Assembly: GCA_025351875.1 (NCBI GenBank)
Contig: JANXVA010000180.1
Location: forward strand, 16,517-80,516
Direction: 5' to 3'
Origin: Myxococcales bacterium
GTDB taxonomy: Bacteria; Myxococcota_A; Polyangia; Polyangiales; Polyangiaceae
Length of the DNA: 64,000 nucleotides
In this document: piece after piece, positions 18,999 to 28,516 of the stretch
How the letters are laid out: every line of letters begins with the position of its first letter
Position numbering within the stretch: the first letter of the stretch is position 1
The notes under the pieces: generated by a model
Told to the model about the DNA's origin: nothing
What the model saw: only the letters and a program-made list of their open reading frames with translations
The model's database searches: none
Program-made: the position numbers and the translations under genes

Positions 18999-19921
18999 CA
19001 GTAGCGCGCCACCTTGGAGTCGACCTTCTGGGACCAGGCCTCGATGCCGCCTTCGAGGTTGAAGACGTTCGTGAAGCCTTCACGGAGGAAGCGCTCGGCC
19101 GCGCTCTTGCTGCGCATCCCGTGGTGGCACTGGAAGACGATGGGCGTCTTCTTGTCGAGCGCGAGGAGGTGCTTCTCTCCGGCGGCGTCGAGCGCGCGGG
19201 CGCGATCGATCTTGGCGATGGTGCGCTCGTCCTCACCGCGGACGTCGAACATCTCGAAGGGCTTGCCCTCGTCCATCCACGTCTTGAGCTCGGTGACGGT
19301 GAGTGACTTCACGCGCGCGGGCTCGTTCGGGTTCTCGATCTTGAACGCGCCGCCGTCCGGGGTGTCGACCCACTGGATGCGGATGCCGTCGGCGCGCTTC
19401 GCGCTCGCCTTGTCGAACAGCACCTTCAGGCCGCTCGCGACGACCTCGATGTCGCCGGCCTGCGGGGGGCCGAAGTAGAGCTCGTACTGGAATTTGTCGT
19501 CGATCTCGAGGCGGAGGTGCTCGCCGTTGCCCTCGTCCGCATCCTTGATCGCCTTGGCCGCGCGCTCGTCGAGCGTGATGGTCGGGGTCGCGACGGGCTT
19601 CTCGACGACGCCGAGCTTCTTCTGGAGATCGCCGGCGGCGTACATCTCCTTCACGATGTCGCAGCCGCCGAGGAACTCGCCGTCGACGTAGAGCTGCGGG
19701 ATGGTCGGCCAGCTCGAGTACTCCTTGATGCCGTCGCGAACGGCGGGATCGGAGAGGACGTTGACCGTCTCGAAGGGAACGCCGGTCTCCTTCAGGATGC
19801 CGATCACCTGGGCGGAGAAGCCGCACTGGGGAAAATGCTTGTTGCCCTTCATGAAGAGAACGACACGGCTCTTCTTGACGAGGTCGTCGAACTGCTGGCG
19901 CTGCTGATCGGAGAGGGGCAT
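18998..19921 (-). CDS. grxD: Monothiol CGFS glutaredoxin fused to Cys-less A-type-carrier-like and rhodanese domains
   Basis: FMKG, CGFS, WPTIPQLY, GGCD; middle TITLDERAA..FKIENPN; C-terminal CHHGMRS, LEGGIEAW. Confidence 0.9.
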   Translation of the reverse strand: MPLSDQQRQQFDDLVKKSRVVLFMKGNKHFPQCGFSAQVIGILKETGVPFETVNVLSDPAVRDGIKEYSSWPTIPQLYVDGEFLGGCDIVKEMYAAGDLQKKLGVVEKPVATPTITLDERAAKAIKDADEGNGEHLRLEIDDKFQYELYFGPPQAGDIEVVASGLKVLFDKASAKRADGIRIQWVDTPDGGAFKIENPNEPARVKSLTVTELKTWMDEGKPFEMFDVRGEDERTIAKIDRARALDAAGEKHLLALDKKTPIVFQCHHGMRSKSAAERFLREGFTNVFNLEGGIEAWSQKVDSKVARY

Positions 19922-19995
19922 CGGGAGAGGAATTACGCGGCGTCGGCGGGCCGTCAAGCCCTCTCTAAGCGCGACCGCATGGTAGCGTGTGGCGC

Positions 19996-20505
19996 ATGTA
20001 TTTCGACGCCATCAAGCAGATGAAGAAGCACCTCGGCCAGCTCGACAAGTGGCTCGAGACGGCAGCGACCCTCGCCGAGACCAAGAAGTTCGATGCGAAG
20101 AACTTCATGGGCCTCCGCCTCTCCGTCGACCAGTTCCCGTTCGGGCGGCAGGTGCAGGTCGTTTGCGATACCGCCAAGACCGTCGCGGCGCGCCTGGCCG
20201 GCAAGGAGGCCCCCGCGCACGCTGACACCGAGCAGACGCTCGAGGAGCTCCGCGCGCGCATCAAGACCGTCATCGCGTATCTCGACACCTTCAGCGCCGC
20301 GGATTTCGCGAACGCCGCGACGCAGAAGATCACCCAGCCACGCTGGGAGGGAAAGTGGATGACCGGCGCGGACTACTTCCTCGAGCACGGCCAGCCGAAC
20401 TTCTACTTCCACCTCACGACCGCGTACGCGCTCCTTCGCCACAACGGCGTCGGCATCGGCAAGCGCGACTACCTCGGCACGCTGACGCAGCACGCACCGG
20501 CCTGA
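19996..20505 (+). CDS. DUF1993 (DinB-like) family protein
   Basis: DQFPFGRQVQ, PNFYFHLTTAYALLRHNGVGIGKRDYLG. Confidence 0.88.
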   Translation: MYFDAIKQMKKHLGQLDKWLETAATLAETKKFDAKNFMGLRLSVDQFPFGRQVQVVCDTAKTVAARLAGKEAPAHADTEQTLEELRARIKTVIAYLDTFSAADFANAATQKITQPRWEGKWMTGADYFLEHGQPNFYFHLTTAYALLRHNGVGIGKRDYLGTLTQHAPA

Positions 20506-20527
20506 GGGCTCTCAGCCCACTGCGCCA

Positions 20528-21268
20528 CTAGGCGCGGGCGCTCGCCCAGTCTCCCGCGCGCGTGAAGAGTCGCGCGAGGACGATCGGTACGAGGTAGTTC
20601 CCGCCGACGTAGAGGCGCGGCAGCGTGAAGCGATCGTCCGTGCTGCGCGCGCGGCCCTCTCGCGTGGTGACGGCGCTGGAGAAACCGGCGGCACGGACCG
20701 CCGCGACGGCGGATGCGTCATGGCGACCGAACGGATAGCTGAAGTGCGAGACGGAGCTGCCGATCACGTCCTCCAGCTCCGTCTTCGAGCCTTCGATCTC
20801 CTCCTGTCGCTCGCTCGCTTCCGCACACGACGTCAGATCGCAGTGCGTTCGCGTGTGGGCGCCGACCTCCATGCCGGCGTCGTGCCACTCGCGGACCTGG
20901 CCGCGGCTCATCATACGCGTGCGCACGCGCAGGAGGTCGGAGTCCCATGCGTTGTACGCGCCGAGGAGGCTGCTCGTGACGTAGCAGGTCGCCGTGAAGC
21001 CGAAGTCACGCAGGATCGGAAGAGCCTCCTCCGCGTTGTCGGCGAAGCCGTCGTCGAACGTGAGGCAGACGACCTTCTCGCGACGCGCGTCGGCGGGGCG
21101 CGCGAGGTGCGTCATCGCCTCACCCATCGACACACCGCGAAACCCGAGCCGGGAGATGTGACCGAGGTAAGAGCGAAACCGGCGCGGCGAGAGGTAGAGA
21201 CTCCGGGTTCGCGCCCGAGGCTCCGCGACGGAGATGCTGTGAAACATCAGGATGGGAACGCGCATCAT
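20528..21268 (-). CDS. Polysaccharide deacetylase family protein
   Basis: PILMFH, LTFDDG, HTRTH, FSYPFG, LPRL. Confidence 0.9.
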   Translation of the reverse strand: MMRVPILMFHSISVAEPRARTRSLYLSPRRFRSYLGHISRLGFRGVSMGEAMTHLARPADARREKVVCLTFDDGFADNAEEALPILRDFGFTATCYVTSSLLGAYNAWDSDLLRVRTRMMSRGQVREWHDAGMEVGAHTRTHCDLTSCAEASERQEEIEGSKTELEDVIGSSVSHFSYPFGRHDASAVAAVRAAGFSSAVTTREGRARSTDDRFTLPRLYVGGNYLVPIVLARLFTRAGDWASARA

Positions 21269-22467
21269 GACCTCGCGAGCCTCTCGTAGAGATCGCCGTA
21301 GGCCGCGCACATCTTGTCGATACCGTGCTCCGCGACGACGTAGCGCCGAGCGGCGATGCCCATCTCTCTCGCGTGCCAGGCCGCCTTGCTCGTCGCTGCC
21401 ATGCAGCCCGCGAGCGCGTCGACGGTGTGCTCCTTCAGCACGCGCCCGGTCAGCCCGTCGACGACGGCCTCGGGCGTGCCACCCACCCCGAACGTGATGA
21501 CCGGCCGCCCCATCGCCTGGGCCTCGAGGAGTGAGAGCCCGAGCGACTCGCTCCTCGACACGCTCACCACGACGTCGACCGTTCGCAGGATTGCGCGCGG
21601 GTCTGCCTTGAAGCCGTGAAAGGTCACGCGCGAGCCGATGCCGAGCGTGTCGGTCAGGGCGACCAGCTTGGGAAGCTCCGAGCCGTCGCCGATGACCTCG
21701 AGTCGCTCATCATCGAGCCGAGCAAGCGCGTGGAGGGCGAGATGCACCTGCTTCACGGGCTCGAGGCGACAGAGGATGCCGAAGGTGAACGGCCCTCGCC
21801 CACGCTCGTCCGACGAAGGTGCGAAGTAGCCCAGGTCGACGCCGTTGCGGATCGTCGTCACCGGACACCTCACGTCAGGGACGTGCGTTCGCACGAACCG
21901 CTCGACGGAGGTGCTGACGGCGACGGCGGCGTCCGCTCGGCGGAGCGACCAGCGCGTGAACGGCGAGCAGCTCGGATCGACGAAGTAGCGTGTGTCGTGC
22001 TCGGTTCGCACGACGCGGGCGCCGACGCGGCGGGCCGCGCGGGTTCCGATGACGTGAGATTGAAACGTGTGCAGATGCGCGATCGAGGCGCGCTCGCGGC
22101 GCATCACGTCGGCAAGCCACGCAACGTCAGACCTTCCGAGCGATCGCACGAGATACGCGAGCGGGTTCTCTCGCACGCGACCCCGATCCTGGACGCGCAG
22201 GCCGGCGTTCGAGAAGAGCCGCGCGAGACGGTCGCTCGGCGTCATCAGCGCGATGACGTGGCGTACGCGCGTCTGCTGAGGGCGGGACGCGAGCTCGACG
22301 AGAAAGCGCTCCGCGCCGCCACACTCTCCGGCAACGACGACGTGGACTACCGTCGGTATCTCCGCGACCGCGTCGACGATCGCAGGGCTCTCGCGGCGCC
22401 CGGAACGCCGAGCCGCACCACCGGATCGTCGGGCAACGACCCATCCCCGCTCCTCACTCGAGAGCAT
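21265..22467 (-). CDS. Glycosyltransferase family 4 protein
   Basis: GGAE, IRNGVD, RLEPVK, ESLGLSLLEAQAMG, GGTPE; SD before ATG 22467. Confidence 0.9.
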   Translation of the reverse strand: MLSSEERGWVVARRSGGAARRSGRRESPAIVDAVAEIPTVVHVVVAGECGGAERFLVELASRPQQTRVRHVIALMTPSDRLARLFSNAGLRVQDRGRVRENPLAYLVRSLGRSDVAWLADVMRRERASIAHLHTFQSHVIGTRAARRVGARVVRTEHDTRYFVDPSCSPFTRWSLRRADAAVAVSTSVERFVRTHVPDVRCPVTTIRNGVDLGYFAPSSDERGRGPFTFGILCRLEPVKQVHLALHALARLDDERLEVIGDGSELPKLVALTDTLGIGSRVTFHGFKADPRAILRTVDVVVSVSRSESLGLSLLEAQAMGRPVITFGVGGTPEAVVDGLTGRVLKEHTVDALAGCMAATSKAAWHAREMGIAARRYVVAEHGIDKMCAAYGDLYERLARS

Positions 22468-22621
22468 TTGCCCCTCCTTCGACCGCAGCTGCGCTGGCAG
22501 TTGCCTTTGCAATGTGCCGATATCGGGGCGCAACTTCGATTAAGTATGCGTAATGAGAATTTGCCAATCGACCAGGTTTGATTTCTCGATCATTCGCGCC
22601 ACTGCCGGACATTGACCTGCG

Positions 22622-23260
22622 ATGAACAGAGGTCGCGTCGCTCTCGGTCTTGCGGTGTCCGTCACGCTGGCGTGCGCTGGCCTCTTCGCGTGCAGCAGCA
22701 GCAACGGCGGCACGAGCGGCGATACGGTGCCCACGGCGGTCCCGACCGCGGCGAAGGACGCGAGCGCGCCCGATACCTACTCTCCGCCCGGCGACTCGAG
22801 CGTCACGACGGCGGATGCAGGCAGCGACTGCGGTATAGCGGCCGCTCTGCACCCGCCGAAAGCCGATGGCGGTGTCTACTGCCCGTTCAGCGCGCCTACC
22901 GGCGGGAAGAACCTCTTCTGCACCGTCACGCAGGAGTGCTGCGAGAACCCCAAGGGCGGCGGCGTCTCGACCTGCGAGACCAAGGGGACCGCGTGTCCCA
23001 ACGCGGCCGCGACGGTCTGGGAGTGCGAGGACCCGTCCGATTGCCCCGGTCAGAAGTGCTGCGCGCACGGCTCGGCGGGCACCGCGGTGACCATCGGCAC
23101 GGACACGTGTGGCCCGTACCTCTCGAAGTTCGCGGGTACGAAGTGCGCGGCGACATGCGCGGCCGGCGAGCTCGTCGTCTGCGAGCAGCAGTCGGAGTGC
23201 ACGACCGGCACGTGCACCGCGGTCAAGCCGAAGGGCAACGACATCGGCGTGTGCAAGTGA
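22622..23260 (+). CDS. Cys-rich lipoprotein
   Basis: Lipobox LFAC; 18 Cys after the lipid Cys. Confidence 0.8.
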   Translation: MNRGRVALGLAVSVTLACAGLFACSSSNGGTSGDTVPTAVPTAAKDASAPDTYSPPGDSSVTTADAGSDCGIAAALHPPKADGGVYCPFSAPTGGKNLFCTVTQECCENPKGGGVSTCETKGTACPNAAATVWECEDPSDCPGQKCCAHGSAGTAVTIGTDTCGPYLSKFAGTKCAATCAAGELVVCEQQSECTTGTCTAVKPKGNDIGVCK

Positions 23261-24333
23261 TCCGAGCGGCTCGGGCCGTGTTGCTCGTCGCGGGGCTCGC
23301 GCTCGCCGGGGCATGTGGTGGCGCATCGACGCCGGCGGGAGGTGTCGACGGGCCTGGGGCGACGGGCGACGACGGCGGAACGACGGATCCGGGGTCCACG
23401 AGCGGCAGCACTCCAGGCGTGACGGACGGCGGCCCGGTCGCCCCGGGACCGGACACGGTCTCGATCATCGTCGAGCCGACGGACAAGGCAGGGGCGCTGC
23501 TCGCGGCTGTCCAGGGGGCGAAGACGTCCGTTCACATGACGATGTACCTGCTCGACGATCCGCGCTTCATCAGCGCGCTCGTCGCCCAGCACATGGCGGG
23601 GCGCGATGTGAAGGTCATCCTCAACAAGGTCTTCCCCGGCGGGTTCGGGACGAATCAGAAGGCGTTCACCTCGCTACAGAACGCGGGGGTCGCGGTCACC
23701 TGGGCGCCGACGACGTTCACGCTGACTCACGAGAAGACGGTGCTGCTCGATGGCACGAGCGCGTGGATCATGACGATGAACCTCGAGGTCTCGAGCCCGC
23801 AGAACCGCGAGTTCCTGGCCCTCGACACCCAGGCGGCCGACGTTGCGGAGGCGGAGGCGATCTTCGCCGCGGACTTCGCCGGCACGCCGATCACCCCGAG
23901 CGGAGACCTCCTCGTCGCGCCGGTCAACGCTCGCGAGCGCCTCCTTCAGCTGATCCAGGGCGCGAAGACCTCGCTCGACCTCGAGGGCGAGGAGCTCAGC
24001 GACTACAAGATCGTCAACGCGCTGGGTGCCGCGGTGGGCACCGGGGCGAAGGTCCGTGTCGTGCTCTCCGACAACGCGCCGTCGGCGGCGCAGAGCACCG
24101 CGGTCGCGCAGCTGAAGGCCGCGGGCGTGCACGTCGTCTCGGTCGGCAAGCCGTACATCCACGCGAAGGCCATCGTCGCCGACGGCGCCCGTGCCTACGT
24201 CGGCTCGGAGAATTTCACGACGGGGTCGCTCCAGTACAACCGCGAGCTCGGGCTCATCACGAGCAACGTCACGTCGGTAACGACGGTCGCTCAGACCATC
24301 GCGCAGGACTTCGCATCGGGAAATCCGCTCTGA
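23257..24333 (+). CDS. Phospholipase D family lipoprotein
   Basis: GTGA overlap with upstream stop; lipobox LAGAC; two HxKxxxxD motifs (HEKTVLLD, HAKAIVAD) and GSEN. Confidence 0.88.
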   Translation: MIRAARAVLLVAGLALAGACGGASTPAGGVDGPGATGDDGGTTDPGSTSGSTPGVTDGGPVAPGPDTVSIIVEPTDKAGALLAAVQGAKTSVHMTMYLLDDPRFISALVAQHMAGRDVKVILNKVFPGGFGTNQKAFTSLQNAGVAVTWAPTTFTLTHEKTVLLDGTSAWIMTMNLEVSSPQNREFLALDTQAADVAEAEAIFAADFAGTPITPSGDLLVAPVNARERLLQLIQGAKTSLDLEGEELSDYKIVNALGAAVGTGAKVRVVLSDNAPSAAQSTAVAQLKAAGVHVVSVGKPYIHAKAIVADGARAYVGSENFTTGSLQYNRELGLITSNVTSVTTVAQTIAQDFASGNPL

Positions 24334-24392
24334 TCCGCTCGCCAGGACCGTGGTTGGGGCGCGACGACATGGCGTAGACTCCCGACGCGCTC

Positions 24393-25424
24393 TTGGCTCC
24401 GCATTCACGAACCCTACGTCGCGCCGTCGCCGCGGGCCTCGTGTTCCTCGGTGCGAAGACGGCTCGTGCGGATGACCTCGTCGCCGTACAGATCGACTAC
24501 GAGGCACGCGCGGGCTGTCCGTCCGCCGACTCCTTCGTCCGCCAGTTGCTCGCGCGAGCGCCGCGCGCGAGGCTCGCCGTCACCGGAGAGCGCGTGCGGG
24601 TCCTCGTGGCGCGCGTGCATCCGGGCGCAGGACATGGGCTCGAAGGACTCCTCGTGGTGCGCGACCCGGGCGCAGCCCCGACGGAACGCGCGGTTCGCGC
24701 AGAGACCTGTGACGAGGTCGTCGCGGCGCTTGCGGTGATCGCCGCGGTGGTGATCGATCCCGTCACAGCGAGGACGGGCACGGTCGATACGGCCGCGCCG
24801 TCCGCGGACGAAGCGTCGTCCGTCGACGTGCCCGTAGCGGCCACGACGCCCGTCCCGGCGCCGCCGCCAACTCCTGCGCCCGAAGTGCCTCCCGGCCTAC
24901 CTCCCGAGACCCGGATGTGGACGATCTCCGCCGGGCTTGGCGGCGGGCTCGTCGCGGGGGCGGCACCGACCGTGCTGCTGAGCATTCCCGCGTTCGTCGA
25001 GATCTCGCGAGCCGGGCATGAGGTGGTGAGGCCGTCCGCGCGGCTGAGGGTCGAGCGGACGCTCAGCTCGTCCAACAGCGAGGGCGGAGCCTTCGTGAGG
25101 ACCGGCGGAGCGACAGACCTCTGCCCGATCGCTCTCGGAGCCAGCTCCCTGCGCGCTCAGCCCTGCGTGCGTGCCGAGCTTGCCGCGCTCTACGCCAAGG
25201 GACGCGGTGTCGAGCCTGTCCGTTCGGCCGTTCGGCCGTGGTTCGCGCTGGGCGCCGTCGCGCGCGTTCGCATCGACCTTCCGTCGCCGCTGTTCGTCGA
25301 GCTCGAGGCAGCTCTGATCATCCCGGTCGTGCGCGATCGCTTCTACGTCGAGCCCTACGCGGTGGTGTACCGGGCGCCGACGGTCGGCGGTACCTCGGCC
25401 TTCGCGCTCGGGGCGTCGTTTTGA
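24393..25424 (+). CDS. Hypothetical exported protein with beta-rich C-terminus
   Basis: Signal peptide; CPS..C pair; Pro-rich linker; alternating beta strands ending in F (LGASF). Confidence 0.7.
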   Translation: MAPHSRTLRRAVAAGLVFLGAKTARADDLVAVQIDYEARAGCPSADSFVRQLLARAPRARLAVTGERVRVLVARVHPGAGHGLEGLLVVRDPGAAPTERAVRAETCDEVVAALAVIAAVVIDPVTARTGTVDTAAPSADEASSVDVPVAATTPVPAPPPTPAPEVPPGLPPETRMWTISAGLGGGLVAGAAPTVLLSIPAFVEISRAGHEVVRPSARLRVERTLSSSNSEGGAFVRTGGATDLCPIALGASSLRAQPCVRAELAALYAKGRGVEPVRSAVRPWFALGAVARVRIDLPSPLFVELEAALIIPVVRDRFYVEPYAVVYRAPTVGGTSAFALGASF

Positions 25425-25465
25425 TGATCAACGACGCCACGAGCGGACATTCCGGTGAGGACGGG

Positions 25466-26056
25466 ATGATCTCGATGGTCGCACCAAGTGGCACGTTTCG
25501 CGTGCTCGGCTCTGCAGTGAAGCTGCCCACGCAGGACGCCGCGACGCGTTTCCGTTCCATCGTGGACGCCCATTTCGACTTCATCTGGCGCTCCCTGCGC
25601 GGTCTCGGTGTCCCCGCTGCCTCGGTCGACGATGCTGCCCAGCTGGTGTTCTTGACCGCGTCGCAGAAGCTCGATGCGATCATCCTCGGGAGCGAGCGCT
25701 CGTTTCTCTTCGCGACCGCGCGCGGTATCGCCTCGAACGCGCGACGGTCGGAGCTGCGCAACCGCGAGCTGCTCGACGAGGAGGCGCTGGTGAGTCGAGC
25801 CGACGCCGCGCCCGACCCCGAGCAGACCGCGGTATCGAGTCAGGCACGCAGGATCCTCGACCGAATCCTCGACGGGCTGCAAGAGGATCTCCGCACGGTC
25901 TTCATGCTCTACGAGCTCGAAGGGCAGACGACCGCAGAGATCGCTTCGCTCCTCGGCGTACCGATGGGGACGGTTGCGTCGCGTCTCCGCCGCGCGCGCG
26001 AGGAGTTCCAGGCGGCGGCACGCCGCTATCAGGCAGGGCAGGGGGAAGGAAAATGA
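25466..26056 (+). CDS. ECF RNA polymerase sigma factor
   Basis: Region 2 (HFDFIWRSLR, DDAAQLVF) and region 4 (EIASLLGVPMGTVASRLRRAR). Confidence 0.92.
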   Translation: MISMVAPSGTFRVLGSAVKLPTQDAATRFRSIVDAHFDFIWRSLRGLGVPAASVDDAAQLVFLTASQKLDAIILGSERSFLFATARGIASNARRSELRNRELLDEEALVSRADAAPDPEQTAVSSQARRILDRILDGLQEDLRTVFMLYELEGQTTAEIASLLGVPMGTVASRLRRAREEFQAAARRYQAGQGEGK

Positions 26057-26859
26057 ACGAGCCTCGTCGTCTCCTCGCGGATCCGGACGCCTCGACCTTC
26101 GAGCGCGATCTGCTCGAGTCGTGGTCGTCCGAGGGGCCCTCGCCCAACGCGCGTACACGCGTGCTCACGCTCGTTGCGGGTGCTGTCGCCGGAGCGGTCG
26201 CGGCGACGGCGACAGCCACCGGCGGAGCCTCGAGCGCGGTCGGCGCCGCCGTCGCGCCGAAGGTCGTCGCAGCCGCGGGCCTCTCCGGCGCTGCGAAGAT
26301 CGGCATTCTCGGAGTGATGCTGCTCGTGTCGGCGATCGTGAGCGTCACGGTCGTGCGAGGCTCGCACGACGCGGCGCCGCTCCAGACGCCGTTGGCAGCG
26401 GCCGAGCCGGTGCAGGTCGTCGTGCCCGCTCCCCCTCCGACCTTGGTGCCCGCGCCTGCTCCGACGATGGATCCGCCGACCGTGTCGCCTGCCGATCTCC
26501 CGGCCGCACCGAGCGCGGCCCTCTCCGCGACGTCCCCTTCGGCTTCGCCGCGCGCTCAGAGCGCGGGGCCCGCCGATCCGCCGTCGTCGGTCACCGAGGA
26601 GATCGCTGCGTTCGATCGCGCACGCACCGCGCTCGCGGCCGGCGAGATCGATCGCGCGATCGGGCTCCTCGATACCTACGAGAGGCGCTTCCCGACAGGC
26701 ACGTTCATCCAGGAGGCCGAAGTCCTGCGAGTGAAGGCGCTCGCCGCGAAGGGCGATCGCGCCGGCGCGCGTCGCACCGGTGAGCGGTTCCTCGCCGCGC
26801 ACCCGACCAGCCCGCATGCGTCCCGCATCCGCGCTATCGTCGATTCATCGTCCCCTTGA
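26053..26859 (+). CDS. Putative single-TM anti-sigma factor with C-terminal TPR-like domain
   Basis: ATGA coupling to sigma gene; TM, Pro-rich linker, EEIAAFDRAR..YERRFP..EAEVLRV..HPTSPHA. Confidence 0.75.
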   Translation: MNEPRRLLADPDASTFERDLLESWSSEGPSPNARTRVLTLVAGAVAGAVAATATATGGASSAVGAAVAPKVVAAAGLSGAAKIGILGVMLLVSAIVSVTVVRGSHDAAPLQTPLAAAEPVQVVVPAPPPTLVPAPAPTMDPPTVSPADLPAAPSAALSATSPSASPRAQSAGPADPPSSVTEEIAAFDRARTALAAGEIDRAIGLLDTYERRFPTGTFIQEAEVLRVKALAAKGDRAGARRTGERFLAAHPTSPHASRIRAIVDSSSP

Positions 26860-27416
26860 TGCTCAGCTTCGTGCGGGCTCGAGCCGCGCGCCTGCTCGTG
26901 CCGACGGCGCTCGCGACCGTCGCGTCGTGCGTCGCGTTCGGCGGGTGCAGCACGGACGTGAATCTCGGCGGCACGGCGGACGCTGGAGCGCTGGACGGCA
27001 CGCCAGCGCCCGAGGAGATCGCCGGTTTCTGCGGCCCATGCGCGAGCGAGCTCGCCTGCCCGTCGACGACCAATTGTGTGCAGATTGCAGGCGTTCACAC
27101 GTTCTGCGCCAGTCTCTGCCCGCTCGGCACGGAATGCGACGCCGACGACGTATGTCAGCTCGCCGTACGACCCCCCGAGGGAACGATGGTGAACGTCTGC
27201 GTGCCGAAGAGCGGCGCGTGTGCGCCTGCCCAGGCGCCGGCGAGCGACGGCGCCCCCGTCGTGCAGTGCGGAGGGCTCGACGGACCCACCGTGGCCGCCT
27301 CATGCATCTCCTGTGACAAGGACGACAAGGACTGCCAGCGGAACGGCTGCTACGGCGGCTGGTGGTGCAACACAACGACGAATCGCTGCCAGAGACCGCC
27401 CGCGTCGTGCCCGTGA
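26856..27416 (+). CDS. Cys-rich lipoprotein
   Basis: Lipobox FGGC; 18 Cys after it. Confidence 0.78.
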   Translation: MMLSFVRARAARLLVPTALATVASCVAFGGCSTDVNLGGTADAGALDGTPAPEEIAGFCGPCASELACPSTTNCVQIAGVHTFCASLCPLGTECDADDVCQLAVRPPEGTMVNVCVPKSGACAPAQAPASDGAPVVQCGGLDGPTVAASCISCDKDDKDCQRNGCYGGWWCNTTTNRCQRPPASCP

Positions 27417-27465
27417 CGGCCGATTTGCGGATCACTATGGCGCTGCGCGGACATTTGCGGGGGAG

Positions 27466-28488
27466 ATGCTTCGCCCTTCGCCGTCGTCCGGGTTCTCGTT
27501 CGCGCTCGGTGCATTGACCGTCCTCGCCGTGTCGTCTGTCGAGGCCTGCGCCGGCCACAGTGGCAGCGCCGGGTTCGAGGACGACGGAGGCGTACCCGCC
27601 GCCGCAGCTCCAAGCGCCCCGAGCGGCCAGCTAGGAGGCGACGGTGGTGGGCCCGTACCGATGGCTCCGAGCGGAGCGCCGCTGCTCTACGCTCACACGG
27701 ACACGACGCTCTTCCAGCTCGACCCGCAGGACATCGGTGGCGCGCTCACGACGGTCGGCGACTTCGATTGTGTCGGGAAGACCGGACCCGCGAAGACCAT
27801 GACCGATCTCGCTGTCGCGAAGGACGGCAAGCTGTACGGCGTGAGCGAAGGCGCGGCGTTCCCGCTGACGATCCAGGGAAGCACCGTCCACTGCGAGGCG
27901 ACGTGGCAGCTCCCGCAGACGAAGTTCTACGGCCTCACGGTCGCGCCCGAGAACACGGTCGCCAAGGACGAGGTCCTCATCGGCGCCGACGGACTGGGCG
28001 GCCTCTACCAGATCGACGCGACGAGCGGCACGCCCACGCAGGTCGGAACGCTCGGCACCGACCCGAAGACGAGCCTCCCGTGGGCCCTCTCGGGCGACAT
28101 CGTCTTCGTCGCGAACGCCGGCAACCCGATCGGCTTCGCGACCGTGCGCACGTGTCCTCCGAGCAAGCCGTGCACGACCGTGGACACGCTCATCGAGGTC
28201 GACGTGAAGGCGATCAAACCGGGCACGCAAAGCGTGCTCAAGAGCGTACGCGGCCAGGTGACGCGCGGTTCGTGGTGCAAGAACGCGGCGTCGCCGCAGA
28301 CGTTTGGCAGCATGTTCGGCATCGTCGCGTACAAGGACGTCGTCTACGGATTTTCACGCGCCGGTGACATCGTGGAGATCCACAACACGGACGGCTCGGG
28401 CTGCCTCGTCTCCTCCGACACGTCACGAAAGTACGCGGGCGCCGGGATCACCACCACGGCGCCAGTCATCGCGCCGCCCGTGAACTAG
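27466..28488 (+). CDS. Putative beta-propeller lipoprotein (paralog of 620-1495)
   Basis: Lipobox-like VEAC; HTDTTLF, DLAV, SGDIV, GAGITTTAPV. Confidence 0.75.
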   Translation: MLRPSPSSGFSFALGALTVLAVSSVEACAGHSGSAGFEDDGGVPAAAAPSAPSGQLGGDGGGPVPMAPSGAPLLYAHTDTTLFQLDPQDIGGALTTVGDFDCVGKTGPAKTMTDLAVAKDGKLYGVSEGAAFPLTIQGSTVHCEATWQLPQTKFYGLTVAPENTVAKDEVLIGADGLGGLYQIDATSGTPTQVGTLGTDPKTSLPWALSGDIVFVANAGNPIGFATVRTCPPSKPCTTVDTLIEVDVKAIKPGTQSVLKSVRGQVTRGSWCKNAASPQTFGSMFGIVAYKDVVYGFSRAGDIVEIHNTDGSGCLVSSDTSRKYAGAGITTTAPVIAPPVN

Positions 28489-28516
28489 CGCTCGTGCGCG
28501 GCCGCGGCGCCGCGAA

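Noticed and set aside
20528-22467. GT4 plus polysaccharide deacetylase as a full polysaccharide locus
   Set aside because: Only two genes, with no flippase, polymerase or export genes in the window; a common pairing
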